From assembly GCA_023128825.1 (NCBI GenBank), contig JAGMDF010000082.1:8626-72625 (forward strand): a stretch of 64,000 nucleotides of DNA. The letters run 5' to 3'. The position numbers were made by a program, and so were the translations under genes. Every line of letters starts with the position of its first letter. Position 1 is the first letter of the stretch. This document shows, one piece after another, positions 24,823 to 34,352 of the stretch. The stretch is from a candidate division WOR-3 bacterium (GTDB lineage Bacteria > Hydrothermota > Tepidihabitantia > B3-TA06). A model generated the notes under the pieces. It ran no database searches. It had not been told where the DNA came from and was given only the letters and a program-made list of their open reading frames with translations.

Positions 24823-26146
24823 ACGCCTCCAGGATGTTATAGTTGCCCCAGCTACCCCTGGTGGCCGCAGCGCTTTGGCATTAGTGCGGGTCTCAGGCCC
24901 TCAGACGTTAAGGATGTGTGATCAGGTTTTCAGGGGGCGTAAGCCTTTGAGCGGGGCACGTGGGCATCAGGTGCTCACGGGATTCATAGTCGAGGGAGAA
25001 GAGATTATAGATGAGGCCCTGGCTGCTGTTTACCGATCGCCTCACAGCTACACTACCGAGGATCTGGTCGAGTTTTCGGTTCACGGCAACCCGCTTATAG
25101 TGGATCGTGTGACCGATCTTTTGATTGGGATAGGCGCCCGTCTGGCTCGTCCCGGGGAGTTCACCGAGCGGGCTTTTCTTCACGGCAGGCTGGATGTAAC
25201 CCAGGCTGAAGCGGTGCTTGCTACAATCCAGGCCCGAACCATGAAAGGTGTCAAGGCCGCACTGGCGCAACTGCGTGGGGGTCTTACAAAGGAACTGAAG
25301 GGTCTTTCAGACCGGGTGCGCTGGCTTGTAGCCCTTATTGAAGCTCAACTTGAGTTCCCTGAAGAAGACATCCCCGAGGAATCCCTTGCACCCATGTTGG
25401 AGGGAGCTATCGCGGACACCGAGAAGTTAAGGCAGGCGTTTCGCCGCGGGCGCAGCCAGCGCAAGGGCCTGGCGGTCATGATTCTCGGACGCCCCAATGT
25501 CGGCAAATCCACCCTCTTCAATGCCCTCTTGGACGAGGAACGTTCCATCGTAACACCCGTACCTGGAACAACGAGGGATCTGGTAACCGGAATCCTGCGT
25601 TTCTCAACAGGTCAGGTTCGCCTCTTCGACGGCGCAGGAATCGGAATTGCAGAATCGCTTCCCGACCGGATCGCAGTCAGGCGGGCAGTGGGAGCGGCCA
25701 ATCGTGCGGATTTTCTTCTGGTTATGCTTGATGCAACCTCAGGATTTGTCCCGGCCGACACCGAACTCCTAAAGCTCTTGAGGGAAAAACCCGGCATGAT
25801 CGTATGGAACAAGATAGACGCCGTGAAGGAGATCCCTTCCTTAGAAAACGTCGCCGGCGAGCCTGTAGCGGTCTCGGCATTGAAGAGAAAGAATCTCTCC
25901 CCTCTCCTGGATCGGTTAAAAGAAGAAGCCTCAAGCCAGGGAGAGACGTTCTTTGCCAACCGCTTTCAGGAAGAGTGCCTGGAGCGCCTGGCCGTGCATC
26001 TGCGGGCCGCTTTGGACGCGCAGTATCTGGATATGAGGGCAAAGGAACTGCGCGAGGCCATTGCCGATTTCGCAGGAACGGGCCGCCCGGCTCTTAACCA
26101 AAGCATACTTGAAGAGATCTTTTCGCGCTTCTGCGTAGGAAAGTAG
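24809..26146 (+). CDS. mnmE: tRNA modification GTPase MnmE
   Basis: IVAPATPGGRSALALVRVSG, G1 motif GRPNVGKSTLFNAL, TRD, and the diagnostic C-terminal CVGK. Confidence 0.95.
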   Translation: MMFLERLQDVIVAPATPGGRSALALVRVSGPQTLRMCDQVFRGRKPLSGARGHQVLTGFIVEGEEIIDEALAAVYRSPHSYTTEDLVEFSVHGNPLIVDRVTDLLIGIGARLARPGEFTERAFLHGRLDVTQAEAVLATIQARTMKGVKAALAQLRGGLTKELKGLSDRVRWLVALIEAQLEFPEEDIPEESLAPMLEGAIADTEKLRQAFRRGRSQRKGLAVMILGRPNVGKSTLFNALLDEERSIVTPVPGTTRDLVTGILRFSTGQVRLFDGAGIGIAESLPDRIAVRRAVGAANRADFLLVMLDATSGFVPADTELLKLLREKPGMIVWNKIDAVKEIPSLENVAGEPVAVSALKRKNLSPLLDRLKEEASSQGETFFANRFQEECLERLAVHLRAALDAQYLDMRAKELREAIADFAGTGRPALNQSILEEIFSRFCVGK

Positions 26147-26159
26147 GAGGTTATCTAAA

Positions 26160-26564
26160 GTGTATAGACGTTTGCTTTGCTATGTCGAGGCAGGCGAAAC
26201 CCGCCTCGAAGAACTGGAGGGGGTGTTGGATCTGGCTTCCCAACTGCAAAGCCGATTAATAGTATTGGCGGTCTTGCCCGAAGAATCGCCAGATCCATCG
26301 AAGGAAGAGAAGCAAGAACGGGATATTCTCGAAGACAGAACATGGAATTTCCTCTACGAGATCGAGGACGTGGCGTTCGGAAGGGAACTTAAGATCTCAC
26401 TGATGCTCGAGGAAGGCAAACCGGAAGAAACCATCGCCTCGGTGGTCAAGAGCTACGAGGTGGACCTATGCGCCACCTTCCTTTATAAAGGACTTGATGC
26501 CGAGCTTCTTTTGCAAAAACTTGGCTCAACTCCCCTGCTTTTTTTCAACCAGGAGGGACGATGA
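26160..26564 (+). CDS. Hypothetical protein, weakly universal-stress-protein-like
   Basis: 134 aa, GTG start, overlaps ptsN by 4 nt. Only a loose USP-like layout (LLCYVEAGE...LIVLAVLPEE...IASVVKSYEVDL). Confidence 0.45.
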   Translation: MYRRLLCYVEAGETRLEELEGVLDLASQLQSRLIVLAVLPEESPDPSKEEKQERDILEDRTWNFLYEIEDVAFGRELKISLMLEEGKPEETIASVVKSYEVDLCATFLYKGLDAELLLQKLGSTPLLFFNQEGR

Positions 26565-27016
26565 TTCGTATATCAGAGGCTATCCGCGAAGAAGGGATTG
26601 TGCTTAACCTTAAGGCACAGGAAAAGGTTGCCGTAATCAAGGAACTGGTCTCGGTCATGGTAGATCTGGGGTTAATTCAGGACGAAAAAACATTCCTTGC
26701 CGACATCCTTAAGCGGGAGAACCTGGAAAGCACAGGTATTGGTCTTGGTGTAGCAATACCCCATGCCAGAACAACCGCGACCAATGAACTTCTTCTCGCC
26801 TTTGGCCGCTCCGCCAAGGGGGTTGATTTCAACTCGCTCGACGGCAAACCCTCCCACCTTATCTTCCTCATAGCTGCACCCGAGGAGAAGAAATCCCACT
26901 ACATCATGGCGCTTGCCAGGCTCTCAAAGATGCTGCACAAGGAAGAGATGCGCACCAGGTTGTCAAAAGCGGCCACTCCGGCAGAGGTCATGGAAATCTT
27001 GAAAGAAGCAGAGTAA
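26561..27016 (+). CDS. ptsN: PTS EIIA(Ntr/Fru)-type regulatory protein
   Basis: RENLESTGIGLGVAIPHARTT (active-site His region) and HLIFLIAAPEEKKSHYIMALARLSKML. Confidence 0.85.
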   Translation: MIRISEAIREEGIVLNLKAQEKVAVIKELVSVMVDLGLIQDEKTFLADILKRENLESTGIGLGVAIPHARTTATNELLLAFGRSAKGVDFNSLDGKPSHLIFLIAAPEEKKSHYIMALARLSKMLHKEEMRTRLSKAATPAEVMEILKEAE

Positions 27017-27042
27017 GACAATCACAACTCACGTGCTGAAAA

Positions 27043-27071
27043 GGAACGGTCTCTGGTGACCGTTTCTTTTT
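27043..27071. terminator. Bidirectional hairpin terminator between convergent genes
   Basis: GGAACGGTC-TCTGGT-GACCGTTTC followed by TTTTT. It lies between ptsN (+) and the stop of the minus gene at 27077. Confidence 0.6.
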
Positions 27072-27076
27072 ACAGC

Positions 27077-27664
27077 TCAGGGCTGAGGGCGAACGTCAAG
27101 CAGGACGCGCTTGGCAAGGACAGCTTCGGAACCGAATATCTCCTCGGCCTTGTCGTAGAGTGAAATGAACAACTGAAGAAAATACTCGCGAATCTCTTCC
27201 GGAGCAGGGAATGGCTCTGAGATATGAGGGATGATCCCTTCCCAGCTAAGTCCAGGCAAGGCATCCTTAAGCTCGTCAGCCTCTTGCAGGATGGAATCGA
27301 TCTCGTTCTCCCAAAACTCGGCGTCATGCTCGACGTCGCTGAAAAGATCCACAAAAAGCGCCAGGCGATCCGCCTGATGCTCTACGTACCTTTGCAGACT
27401 CTCGCCGCTGTATAAAAAACCGGTCTGCACAAGCCAGGCTATGGAGTGAAGTCCGACCTCGTAGTCCAGACCCGAGGCCAGGATCGCCTCGCGAGCACTA
27501 CGTTCGCCGTCAACCGCCTCAAGGATCAGTCTATCTTGCTCACGCAGAGCCTTGGGAGTCAGCTCGGTCTCCTGGCTGCTCCTGAATAACTTGGCCTCCA
27601 GGGAGCCTATGACAGCTAAAGCTTTCCGAGCACCGAAGGTCAACCTTCGTTTATCCATCCACAA
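27077..27664 (-). CDS. Hypothetical protein
   Basis: 195 aa. Its start overlaps the yceD stop by 14 nt. No motif recognised. Confidence 0.6.
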   Translation of the reverse strand: MWMDKRRLTFGARKALAVIGSLEAKLFRSSQETELTPKALREQDRLILEAVDGERSAREAILASGLDYEVGLHSIAWLVQTGFLYSGESLQRYVEHQADRLALFVDLFSDVEHDAEFWENEIDSILQEADELKDALPGLSWEGIIPHISEPFPAPEEIREYFLQLFISLYDKAEEIFGSEAVLAKRVLLDVRPQP

Positions 27665-28169
27665 GCCTCCTTAGCTTTTCAAAAGGAGAGGGTTTTAGGC
27701 GGGTGTTGCACTTGCAACTTTCACGATTCAGATTGGCACCGCACGAGGGACAAAGCCCCCGGCAATCCTCGCGGCACAGCGCAGCAACCGGCAAGGAGAG
27801 AAGAAACGTATCCCTGACCACGTCCCTGAGATCGACCTCGCCGGTGTAAAACTCCAGATCGGTCGCCTCCGCTTCCAAGTCCTCACCTTGCCCTTTAGCT
27901 TCAGGAAGGAAGGTCACGTTCGCTGAGGTGCCTACACTGTAATCGGTCGGTTCACCGCATCTTGAGCATTCAAGTTCGATACCCGTCTTAAGATCAAGGT
28001 GCAGATCTATCCGATCGCCGGTGCGGACGAGAACAATCGAGCAGTGCAATGGCTCACGGAAGTTGTATGCATCCAGATCGAGTTCCTCTACATTCGCCTC
28101 GATCTCAAAGCGGTTGGAGCCTTCTGCAAGCTGGCTGGGCAGGAATACAAGCGAGGAGTCGCGGCTCAT
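27651..28169 (-). CDS. yceD: YceD/DUF177 family protein (large-subunit rRNA accumulation factor)
   Basis: Start set at ATG 28169, a 4-nt overlap with the upstream stop. C-terminal hallmark LCREDCRGLCPSCGANLNRESCKC. Confidence 0.85.
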   Translation of the reverse strand: MSRDSSLVFLPSQLAEGSNRFEIEANVEELDLDAYNFREPLHCSIVLVRTGDRIDLHLDLKTGIELECSRCGEPTDYSVGTSANVTFLPEAKGQGEDLEAEATDLEFYTGEVDLRDVVRDTFLLSLPVAALCREDCRGLCPSCGANLNRESCKCNTRLKPSPFEKLRRLVDG

Positions 28170-28576
28170 GAGTCCAGAGCCTCCATCATCCCGAGTACCA
28201 AAAGCTCCCTTGCGCGCTTGAAGTGCTCGAAGCCCTCCGGGCTGGAACCGCCAAGAAGCTTCTCGTAGGAGGCTTGTCCCAGATCGGAGATTTCCTCGCG
28301 ATCCTTGCCTGCCGCAAGACGACAGAGTATATCCGCTGCCACGAACATGTGCGGGTCGCACAGCGCACACATGAACTTAAGCAGAGAAAGACGGGAATCC
28401 TTGAGCCTGCCGTAAAGGAAAACCTGATCCTTGTTCCCCTTGCGAGGACAAAGCTCTCCCTTGATTTCCACCTCCGCACCATCTATCTTCCCCATAAGAC
28501 TCTCAGCCGGATTCGAAAACAGACCCTTAAAATAACGAATGATTACAGGCTCTTCCGCCAATTCAGCCTCCTGCAA
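28166..28576 (-). CDS. Divergent NifU_N/IscU-like Fe-S scaffold candidate
   Basis: The layout parallels IscU (Cys in GELCPRKG, FMCALCDPH, ILCRLAAGK), but the last HC motif is replaced by HF. Its start overlaps the upstream cysteine desulfurase gene by 14 nt, so the two appear translationally coupled. Confidence 0.5.
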   Translation of the reverse strand: MQEAELAEEPVIIRYFKGLFSNPAESLMGKIDGAEVEIKGELCPRKGNKDQVFLYGRLKDSRLSLLKFMCALCDPHMFVAADILCRLAAGKDREEISDLGQASYEKLLGGSSPEGFEHFKRARELLVLGMMEALDS

Positions 28577-29891
28577 AGGTAGGCAGGTCGGCGATCTCTT
28601 CGAGTATCCGACTCATCGTAGAAGCAAAGAGCTCAACCTCTTCAAGCGTATTGTAGAGATAGAAGGAGGCGCGGAAGAGTGTGGGACGAAAACCTCCCCA
28701 GAACGCATCGAACTGCTCCTCGTGTGCGTGATACCAGGAGTGGACGCAGAAGGTTCCCTTGCGGATCATGATGTTTGCTCTCCCGTCAAGCTTCTCGTCA
28801 ATGTCAGGCTCGGAATCCGAGAACCGGGTCGCGGGCTTGAGGAGATAGAAGGTGCATATCCCTGAGCGTTCGTCCGGATCGCGCGGCCCCAGTATCTTAA
28901 TCTCAGGGAACCCCTGGAGTCTCTCGGTGAGTGCACGGTTCAGCACCCGTTCATGCTCGGCGATACGTTCAGGCCCGACCTCGGCAAGGAACCGCGCGGC
29001 CGCACCTGCGCCGATGATGCCCGCATAGTTCTGCAAGCCGGCCTCGAACTTGTACGGAGCCTTGAAGTAGCGAGGATGCCCAAAAAGATGGGTATCCTCC
29101 ACCGTGCCACCGCCAACGATAAAAGGCTGGATCACCGACTCGTCGTTTAGAAACTCCTTTCGTCCGTAAAGCACCCCTACCCCAGTGGGACCGCACATCT
29201 TGTGGATAGAGAAGGCGATAAAGTCAACACCCAGTCCCTGCACGTTCACCTGTTTGTGCGGCACGCTCTGTGCAGCATCAAGGAAAACAAAAGCGTCAGG
29301 GTTTTGAGCCCTGGTAAGCCTCACTACCTCCCTTATCACCTCATCAGGGATCGACGTACCGTCAAGATTCGATGAGTGGCACAAACTCACCATCCGCACC
29401 TTGCCCCCCTCTTCCTCCAGGACCTTACGGAACGCCTCCAGGTGGAATCTGTTTTGCTCATCTGCAGGTATGGCACGGTGCTTTGATACGATACCCCGTT
29501 CCACAAGCTCCTGCCATGGGCAGAGATTGGAGTTGTGCTCCTTGTCGGTGGTTAAAACAACGTCTTCAGGATTCCATCGCAGCGACTGGGCCACCAGATT
29601 GATCGCCTCGGTGGTGTTCTTGGTGAATACGATCTCCTTGATGCTCGATGCCCCGATAAGCTGTCTTATGGCTTCTCTGGACTCCTCAACCCCTTTATCC
29701 ACCTGGGCAGCGAACCAGTGGGTGCTGCGCTCGCCGCAAGCCGGATATCGGTTGTAGTAATCAAGGATAGCATCAATAACCGGCTGCGGCTTAAGCGTCA
29801 TGCATGCGTTGTCGAAATAGATCGGCGGGCGGCCTCCTCGCTCCTGATTTAAGGATGGGAACAAATTCCGATAATCTTTGAGTTCAGTCAT
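28563..29891 (-). CDS. Cysteine desulfurase (class V aminotransferase, SufS/CsdA-like)
   Basis: PLP-Lys region FIAFSIHKMCGPTGVGVLYGRKEF and active-site Cys loop RKGTFCVHS. Confidence 0.9.
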   Translation of the reverse strand: MTELKDYRNLFPSLNQERGGRPPIYFDNACMTLKPQPVIDAILDYYNRYPACGERSTHWFAAQVDKGVEESREAIRQLIGASSIKEIVFTKNTTEAINLVAQSLRWNPEDVVLTTDKEHNSNLCPWQELVERGIVSKHRAIPADEQNRFHLEAFRKVLEEEGGKVRMVSLCHSSNLDGTSIPDEVIREVVRLTRAQNPDAFVFLDAAQSVPHKQVNVQGLGVDFIAFSIHKMCGPTGVGVLYGRKEFLNDESVIQPFIVGGGTVEDTHLFGHPRYFKAPYKFEAGLQNYAGIIGAGAAARFLAEVGPERIAEHERVLNRALTERLQGFPEIKILGPRDPDERSGICTFYLLKPATRFSDSEPDIDEKLDGRANIMIRKGTFCVHSWYHAHEEQFDAFWGGFRPTLFRASFYLYNTLEEVELFASTMSRILEEIADLPTFAGG

Positions 29892-29897
29892 TCCCTA

Positions 29898-29925
29898 ATC
29901 ATAATAAAGATTAGCCGCCTGTCAA
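29898..29925 (-). promoter_or_regulatory. Promoter (TTGACA-16-TATGAT), leaderless
   Basis: On the minus strand the -35 box is at 29925-29920 and the -10 box at 29903-29898. ATG 29891 lies 6 nt downstream with no SD. Confidence 0.6.
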
Positions 29926-29935
29926 TTGAGGAGAC

Positions 29936-29963
29936 TTGACATCTTAGTGGGTTGAGTTAGGAT
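29936..29963 (+). promoter_or_regulatory. Promoter (TTGACA-16-TAGGAT)
   Basis: TTGACA at 29936-29941 and TAGGAT at 29958-29963. SD AAAGGAGG precedes ATG 29983. Confidence 0.55.
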
Positions 29964-29982
29964 AGAGCAAAGGAGGCGACTG

Positions 29983-31671
29983 ATGAAAAAAGTGGTGTTG
30001 ATTATGGGAGGGCTGATTTTATGCGGCTCACTTTGGGCTACCGCTCCGATGAGGGAAGGTCCATACCCCAGGGAAGCAATTCCCTCTCCTCTGATGCCGG
30101 ACACCATGAATCCATTGAAACTGCGCTTCAACTATCTTTACGAGTTTGCACAGATTGCCCAGTTCTGCGCCGAATGGCAGCTGGACGAGGCGGATTCTGC
30201 AGATCACGGCGGGATGATAGAGGCGGAAACAGGCCCTCTGCGCCCGGTAATCCAGACCGACAACACCCTGGAGGCGATCTGGGTGTGGGCGCGCTACGGG
30301 GAATTTACCGGAGATACGGCCAGGTTCCGGGAGAATATCGACAAAGCATGGTTTTACTGCAACAACTTCCCCGCCTGGCAGGAGGAGGGTGAGCCGGGTG
30401 CCCATTATTACCGCAACCACAACTGCGCGTGGGGCGTGGCGGCGGAGCAGCGCTACCGCGCGGTGTATGCTGACGACGCCTACAGGTGGTATGCCGATTC
30501 CTGTGCGGAGTTCATGAAGTTCCATCCCATGAACATCTGGAACATGGTCAACCGCTTCGTCACCGGCTGGTGCGCGGGTTGGCTGTACTCCTACGGGGTG
30601 GAGCGAGAAGACGGCGAGGCCCGGGACAGTGCGTGCTCGTTCGCCGACAGCCTGCTCAGCTTCATCGAACCCCAGATCGAGGCAAAGCTCGGGGACGAAA
30701 GGTGGGCGATGTCTGCAGGAACCATGGTGTGGGGCATCTGTAACTCCGCCTTTCAGCGAGATAGTCTCAGAGGCAAGGAATGGATCGAGGCAAACGGCCC
30801 CTACCTTGATACCTTCCAGACCTGGTATGCCAACGATTATTTCTCCTGGGATAACGCCTGGAACGTGGGGTTTGCCAACGGCCACGGCGCGATGTACGAT
30901 ATATCGCATGATCCTACTTATGCCCGCCACCACCGCTGGCTCACCCACAAGCTTCTTTCCTACGATACCGACTCGGACGGCGGGATAATGGCCACCACCC
31001 AGGACGTGGATACCACGGACATGACCTGGGTGTCATTATATCTCTGCATGATGGGTCTTGACCGGTTGATCGGAGAAGTTTATGACTACGACGCGGGCGC
31101 GCTGGAGATTGTGGGACTCCACGACGGTGATCAGATAGAGGAGGGAACCCGGATGGACCTGGTGGCGGTGGTTTCGAATTACGGTCGAGAGCCGCTCAGC
31201 AACGTAAAGGTGACACTTTCTGGCGACGCATCGGGTTCGGCTGAATCAGACCTTGCCTTCCTTGGGATGGACACGATAACGCTCGTATTTGATTGGCTTG
31301 TACCTGATTCGGCTGTGCTTACCCTGACGACATCACATCCACAGGACGAAGATCACGCTAACGACACATTGATCGTGCGGCTGAACAAAGCGGCAGGCAT
31401 AAATGAGGGGTCGAAAAAACCGTCGAGATTACATCTGGAGGTCGCCTCCCTGACAAAATCGATCTGCCGCATTACTTATGCCCTTCCTGAGGGGAATCAC
31501 GGTGAGCTTTCGCTCTACAACATCCTCGGCGCCAAAGTCAAAAGAGAAAACCTGAGGACTTCTGATGGAGTAGTGGATTGGGATCTTTCCGGGCTACCCG
31601 GCGGGGTTTACTTCGTCCGGCTCAACTCAGGAGATCATCACATCACAAGGCGGCTTACCTTGTTGCGTTAA
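29983..31671 (+). CDS. Secreted protein with T9SS-type C-terminal sorting domain (N-terminal region possibly alpha/alpha-toroid-like)
   Basis: Signal peptide MKKVVLIMGGLILCGSLWA. C-terminus ELSLYNILGAKVKRENL...WDLSGLPGGVYFVRLNSGDHHITRRLTLLR. Confidence 0.75.
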   Translation: MKKVVLIMGGLILCGSLWATAPMREGPYPREAIPSPLMPDTMNPLKLRFNYLYEFAQIAQFCAEWQLDEADSADHGGMIEAETGPLRPVIQTDNTLEAIWVWARYGEFTGDTARFRENIDKAWFYCNNFPAWQEEGEPGAHYYRNHNCAWGVAAEQRYRAVYADDAYRWYADSCAEFMKFHPMNIWNMVNRFVTGWCAGWLYSYGVEREDGEARDSACSFADSLLSFIEPQIEAKLGDERWAMSAGTMVWGICNSAFQRDSLRGKEWIEANGPYLDTFQTWYANDYFSWDNAWNVGFANGHGAMYDISHDPTYARHHRWLTHKLLSYDTDSDGGIMATTQDVDTTDMTWVSLYLCMMGLDRLIGEVYDYDAGALEIVGLHDGDQIEEGTRMDLVAVVSNYGREPLSNVKVTLSGDASGSAESDLAFLGMDTITLVFDWLVPDSAVLTLTTSHPQDEDHANDTLIVRLNKAAGINEGSKKPSRLHLEVASLTKSICRITYALPEGNHGELSLYNILGAKVKRENLRTSDGVVDWDLSGLPGGVYFVRLNSGDHHITRRLTLLR

Positions 31672-32851
31672 ACTCCTTCCAAGCGGGAAGTATAACCTTA
31701 TAGTAGTACTCCTCGGCAAGACGCTTGCGGTCGAAACGTTCGCCTACTTTTCTTGCTCGCTTTGACATCTTGCGTAATCGAGCGGGGTCCTTAAGTAATG
31801 CTGCGGTTTGTTCTGCCAAGAGCTGGGGGGATGAATCAAGGATACCTGCTTTGTTGTCTGTAATCAACCGCTTTGTCTCTATGTAGAAGTCAGGGTCAAG
31901 CAATCCGATAACCGGTAGACCAGCCGCCAGGTACTCATATTCTTTCGCGCCTATCGCTCCCCGGTAAGCGGGGCAGTTACCCAAAAGAGCGTTTAACCCT
32001 AAGCGAGCGCGACCCAAGAGTCCTGGGAGTTTCTCAGGAGGGTGAGGGAACTCAATGAACACATTCTTCCATAAACCGAGACGGTCTATTCCCTCAAGGA
32101 ATTCCCTGCCAATCGGATTATCCAGGTTTGAAATAAAAAGGGCGCGCAATGATGGGTAAAGGCCTGCAAGAAACCGTAGGTATTTCAATAGACCTGCCGG
32201 GTTTCTGATTGCTATGAAGGTGCCAGAGTAAACGATATCGAATTCCTTCTTTACAGAAAGTCCTCCCGCAGAGATGCTCGTTTCGCTGCCATTACGCACC
32301 ACGAATAGTCGATGAGATGGGTAGTCGAGAAACTCCACCAGCTCTTTCTTGAGCCAATCGGTAACCGTGGTTATCCGGGAGGCCCTTACCCCCAGACGTT
32401 TCAATGAATTGATCTGAAAGGTCTTAAATGCCGTATGTATCAGCGTTGTTTTAGCCCGGATACCTCCCTGAGGCAAATCCCTCACATCAAGTATAAAAGG
32501 AACCCCAAGTCGCTTAGCCAACAAGTAACCCTCCCACATAGGCCATGCCGGAGGAATACTTGCCACTACAGCATCAGGATTGAGAGTTTTAACCTTCCGT
32601 AACAATCTGGAGAATGTCCAAGGAAGGTGTAGGAAATCGAGACGCAACCTGGCGAGGGGGAAGACAAGCCTGTTATAGCCCGTTGGTTTGTTAACATGTT
32701 CGGGTGCCACCACAGTAACTTGAGTCAACGCGCTCCAGTATTTGGCAAATGAATGAAGCCGCGAAGCGGCTGCCCCTCTAAAGGGAGGAAAAAGTGGTGC
32801 AAGTATCAAAATGTGAGGTCTTGGGGTATCCATATCCTGATAATGCTTCAT
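31655..32851 (-). CDS. Glycosyltransferase (GT4-like)
   Basis: GT-B layout, with the N-terminus ILILAPLFPPFRGAAASR and the C-terminus GAKEYEYLAAGLPVIG. It sits next to the flippase and wecB genes. Confidence 0.7.
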   Translation of the reverse strand: MKHYQDMDTPRPHILILAPLFPPFRGAAASRLHSFAKYWSALTQVTVVAPEHVNKPTGYNRLVFPLARLRLDFLHLPWTFSRLLRKVKTLNPDAVVASIPPAWPMWEGYLLAKRLGVPFILDVRDLPQGGIRAKTTLIHTAFKTFQINSLKRLGVRASRITTVTDWLKKELVEFLDYPSHRLFVVRNGSETSISAGGLSVKKEFDIVYSGTFIAIRNPAGLLKYLRFLAGLYPSLRALFISNLDNPIGREFLEGIDRLGLWKNVFIEFPHPPEKLPGLLGRARLGLNALLGNCPAYRGAIGAKEYEYLAAGLPVIGLLDPDFYIETKRLITDNKAGILDSSPQLLAEQTAALLKDPARLRKMSKRARKVGERFDRKRLAEEYYYKVILPAWKEFNATR

Positions 32852-32873
32852 CTTTTTAACGCTTCAAATCGCA

Positions 32874-34346
32874 TCAATCTTGTTCTCTTCGCAGAAATAT
32901 CTTTCTGAGAAACTTACGTTCAGAGGGAAGGAGAAATCCTGAAAATGTCAAGCCGGCAAAATAAAGGGCACTGCCCCCACCCAGCTTGATCAGGGAACCC
33001 AGCAGCGGGGTAAGTGGATGCCAGAAGAAACTTCCGGCAGTAATACTCAAACTTACCAAGGCGATGAGCAGGATGCGCTTGATCTCGTAGGGTATCTTCA
33101 TAAGTCGGCGGCTAAAAAAGATCATTGCCAAAAGCATCGCAGTGTAAGAAACGAGTGAGGCAAGCGCAGCCGCCCAAAGTCCGATCTTAGGTAATAAGAT
33201 TACATTAATTAACACGACAACTGCCGCTCCAATTAACGAGGTCCACGTGAAGAATCCTGTTCTTCTCTTTATGTAGCAAGGGGTAGATATAATGCTGTAG
33301 GCGCCGTAAAGACAAATCCCTAGAAGGAGAACGGGAATAAGGGGGTAACCCTCCCAGTATTCCGGTTTTTTGGCGATAATCTGCACAAGCTCTTTTGCGC
33401 ACCCCCCGATCACAATTAGCGCCCAGCCGCCGATGAACAGCATGTAAGTAAGTACACGAGAGGTTATCCTGGGAAGATCATCTCTTTCCTTAATAGAAAA
33501 AGCGTAGGGGATCCAGGCCAGGTTAACCGTCGCAACCAAAAGAAAAGAAACCAGGTTAGCAATATTCACAGCGAACCCATACACCCCCACCGCAGCTTCG
33601 CCAAGAACAGGCTTTATGAGCCAGCGATCAAGCATGTTTCTGATCCAGAAAAAGGCCATATTGGGAACCAAAGGCAGTGCATACCGGAACATGCTGCCCA
33701 AACTCTTAAAAGAAAACTTGATTCCTCGAGTATAAACATATACGATTGCTGTCACTGGTAAGAAGAACACCAGCGCCATAATCACATCTACCTGGTATAG
33801 CCCCACAAGGTCTCTTTTCAAAACCACGAGGAAGATAACCATCAATCCCACTTTGACCAGAGACTTGGCTATTGTAAAGATAGTGTAGACGCCCGGACGT
33901 CTCTCGCAGCGCAGGAAGGAAAGGAAAATAAAGCTGGGTGGTGTCAGCGTAGTAAAGATTGCAAACAACCGAAGTATAGCTACTGCATCCGGGGTGTCCA
34001 AAGCCATGAGTCGTGCCAGTTGTGGGGCAAAGAGGAAAGTCAACCCACCTATTAAGAAGGAGGTTATAACACTGAAGGTGAACCCGGTGGAGATGACGGT
34101 TCGGCGTTCTTCAGGGGTCTTGACTTTGTAGAAATCGGCTATAACTGCCTGTTCGATTGAAAGCAGAATAATAATTTTAAGAATTTCGTAAAGGGGTATA
34201 GTCAAGTTGCGGATCCCGTAACTCGCGATGGGAAGATAGGCGGAGTAGAGGGGAAGCAACACAAATCGAATAAGACGGTCGCTGGCGTTGCCGATCCCGT
34301 ATATCAACGTATCTTTAGTAAGGCTCTTGAAATCCTTTAAGGCCAT
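32874..34346 (-). CDS. Polysaccharide biosynthesis protein / Wzx-type flippase (MOP superfamily)
   Basis: 490 aa with about 12-14 hydrophobic helices. N-terminus TLIYGIGNASDRLIRFVLLPLYSAYL is typical of oligosaccharide flippases. Confidence 0.8.
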   Translation of the reverse strand: MALKDFKSLTKDTLIYGIGNASDRLIRFVLLPLYSAYLPIASYGIRNLTIPLYEILKIIILLSIEQAVIADFYKVKTPEERRTVISTGFTFSVITSFLIGGLTFLFAPQLARLMALDTPDAVAILRLFAIFTTLTPPSFIFLSFLRCERRPGVYTIFTIAKSLVKVGLMVIFLVVLKRDLVGLYQVDVIMALVFFLPVTAIVYVYTRGIKFSFKSLGSMFRYALPLVPNMAFFWIRNMLDRWLIKPVLGEAAVGVYGFAVNIANLVSFLLVATVNLAWIPYAFSIKERDDLPRITSRVLTYMLFIGGWALIVIGGCAKELVQIIAKKPEYWEGYPLIPVLLLGICLYGAYSIISTPCYIKRRTGFFTWTSLIGAAVVVLINVILLPKIGLWAAALASLVSYTAMLLAMIFFSRRLMKIPYEIKRILLIALVSLSITAGSFFWHPLTPLLGSLIKLGGGSALYFAGLTFSGFLLPSERKFLRKIFLRREQD

Positions 34347-34352
34347 AAGGTC

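Noticed and set aside
30028-30948. 306-aa minus ORF inside 29983-31671
   Set aside because: It is antisense to a gene that has a signal peptide and a T9SS tail. The composition is Pro/Arg/Gly-rich, typical of the reverse frame.
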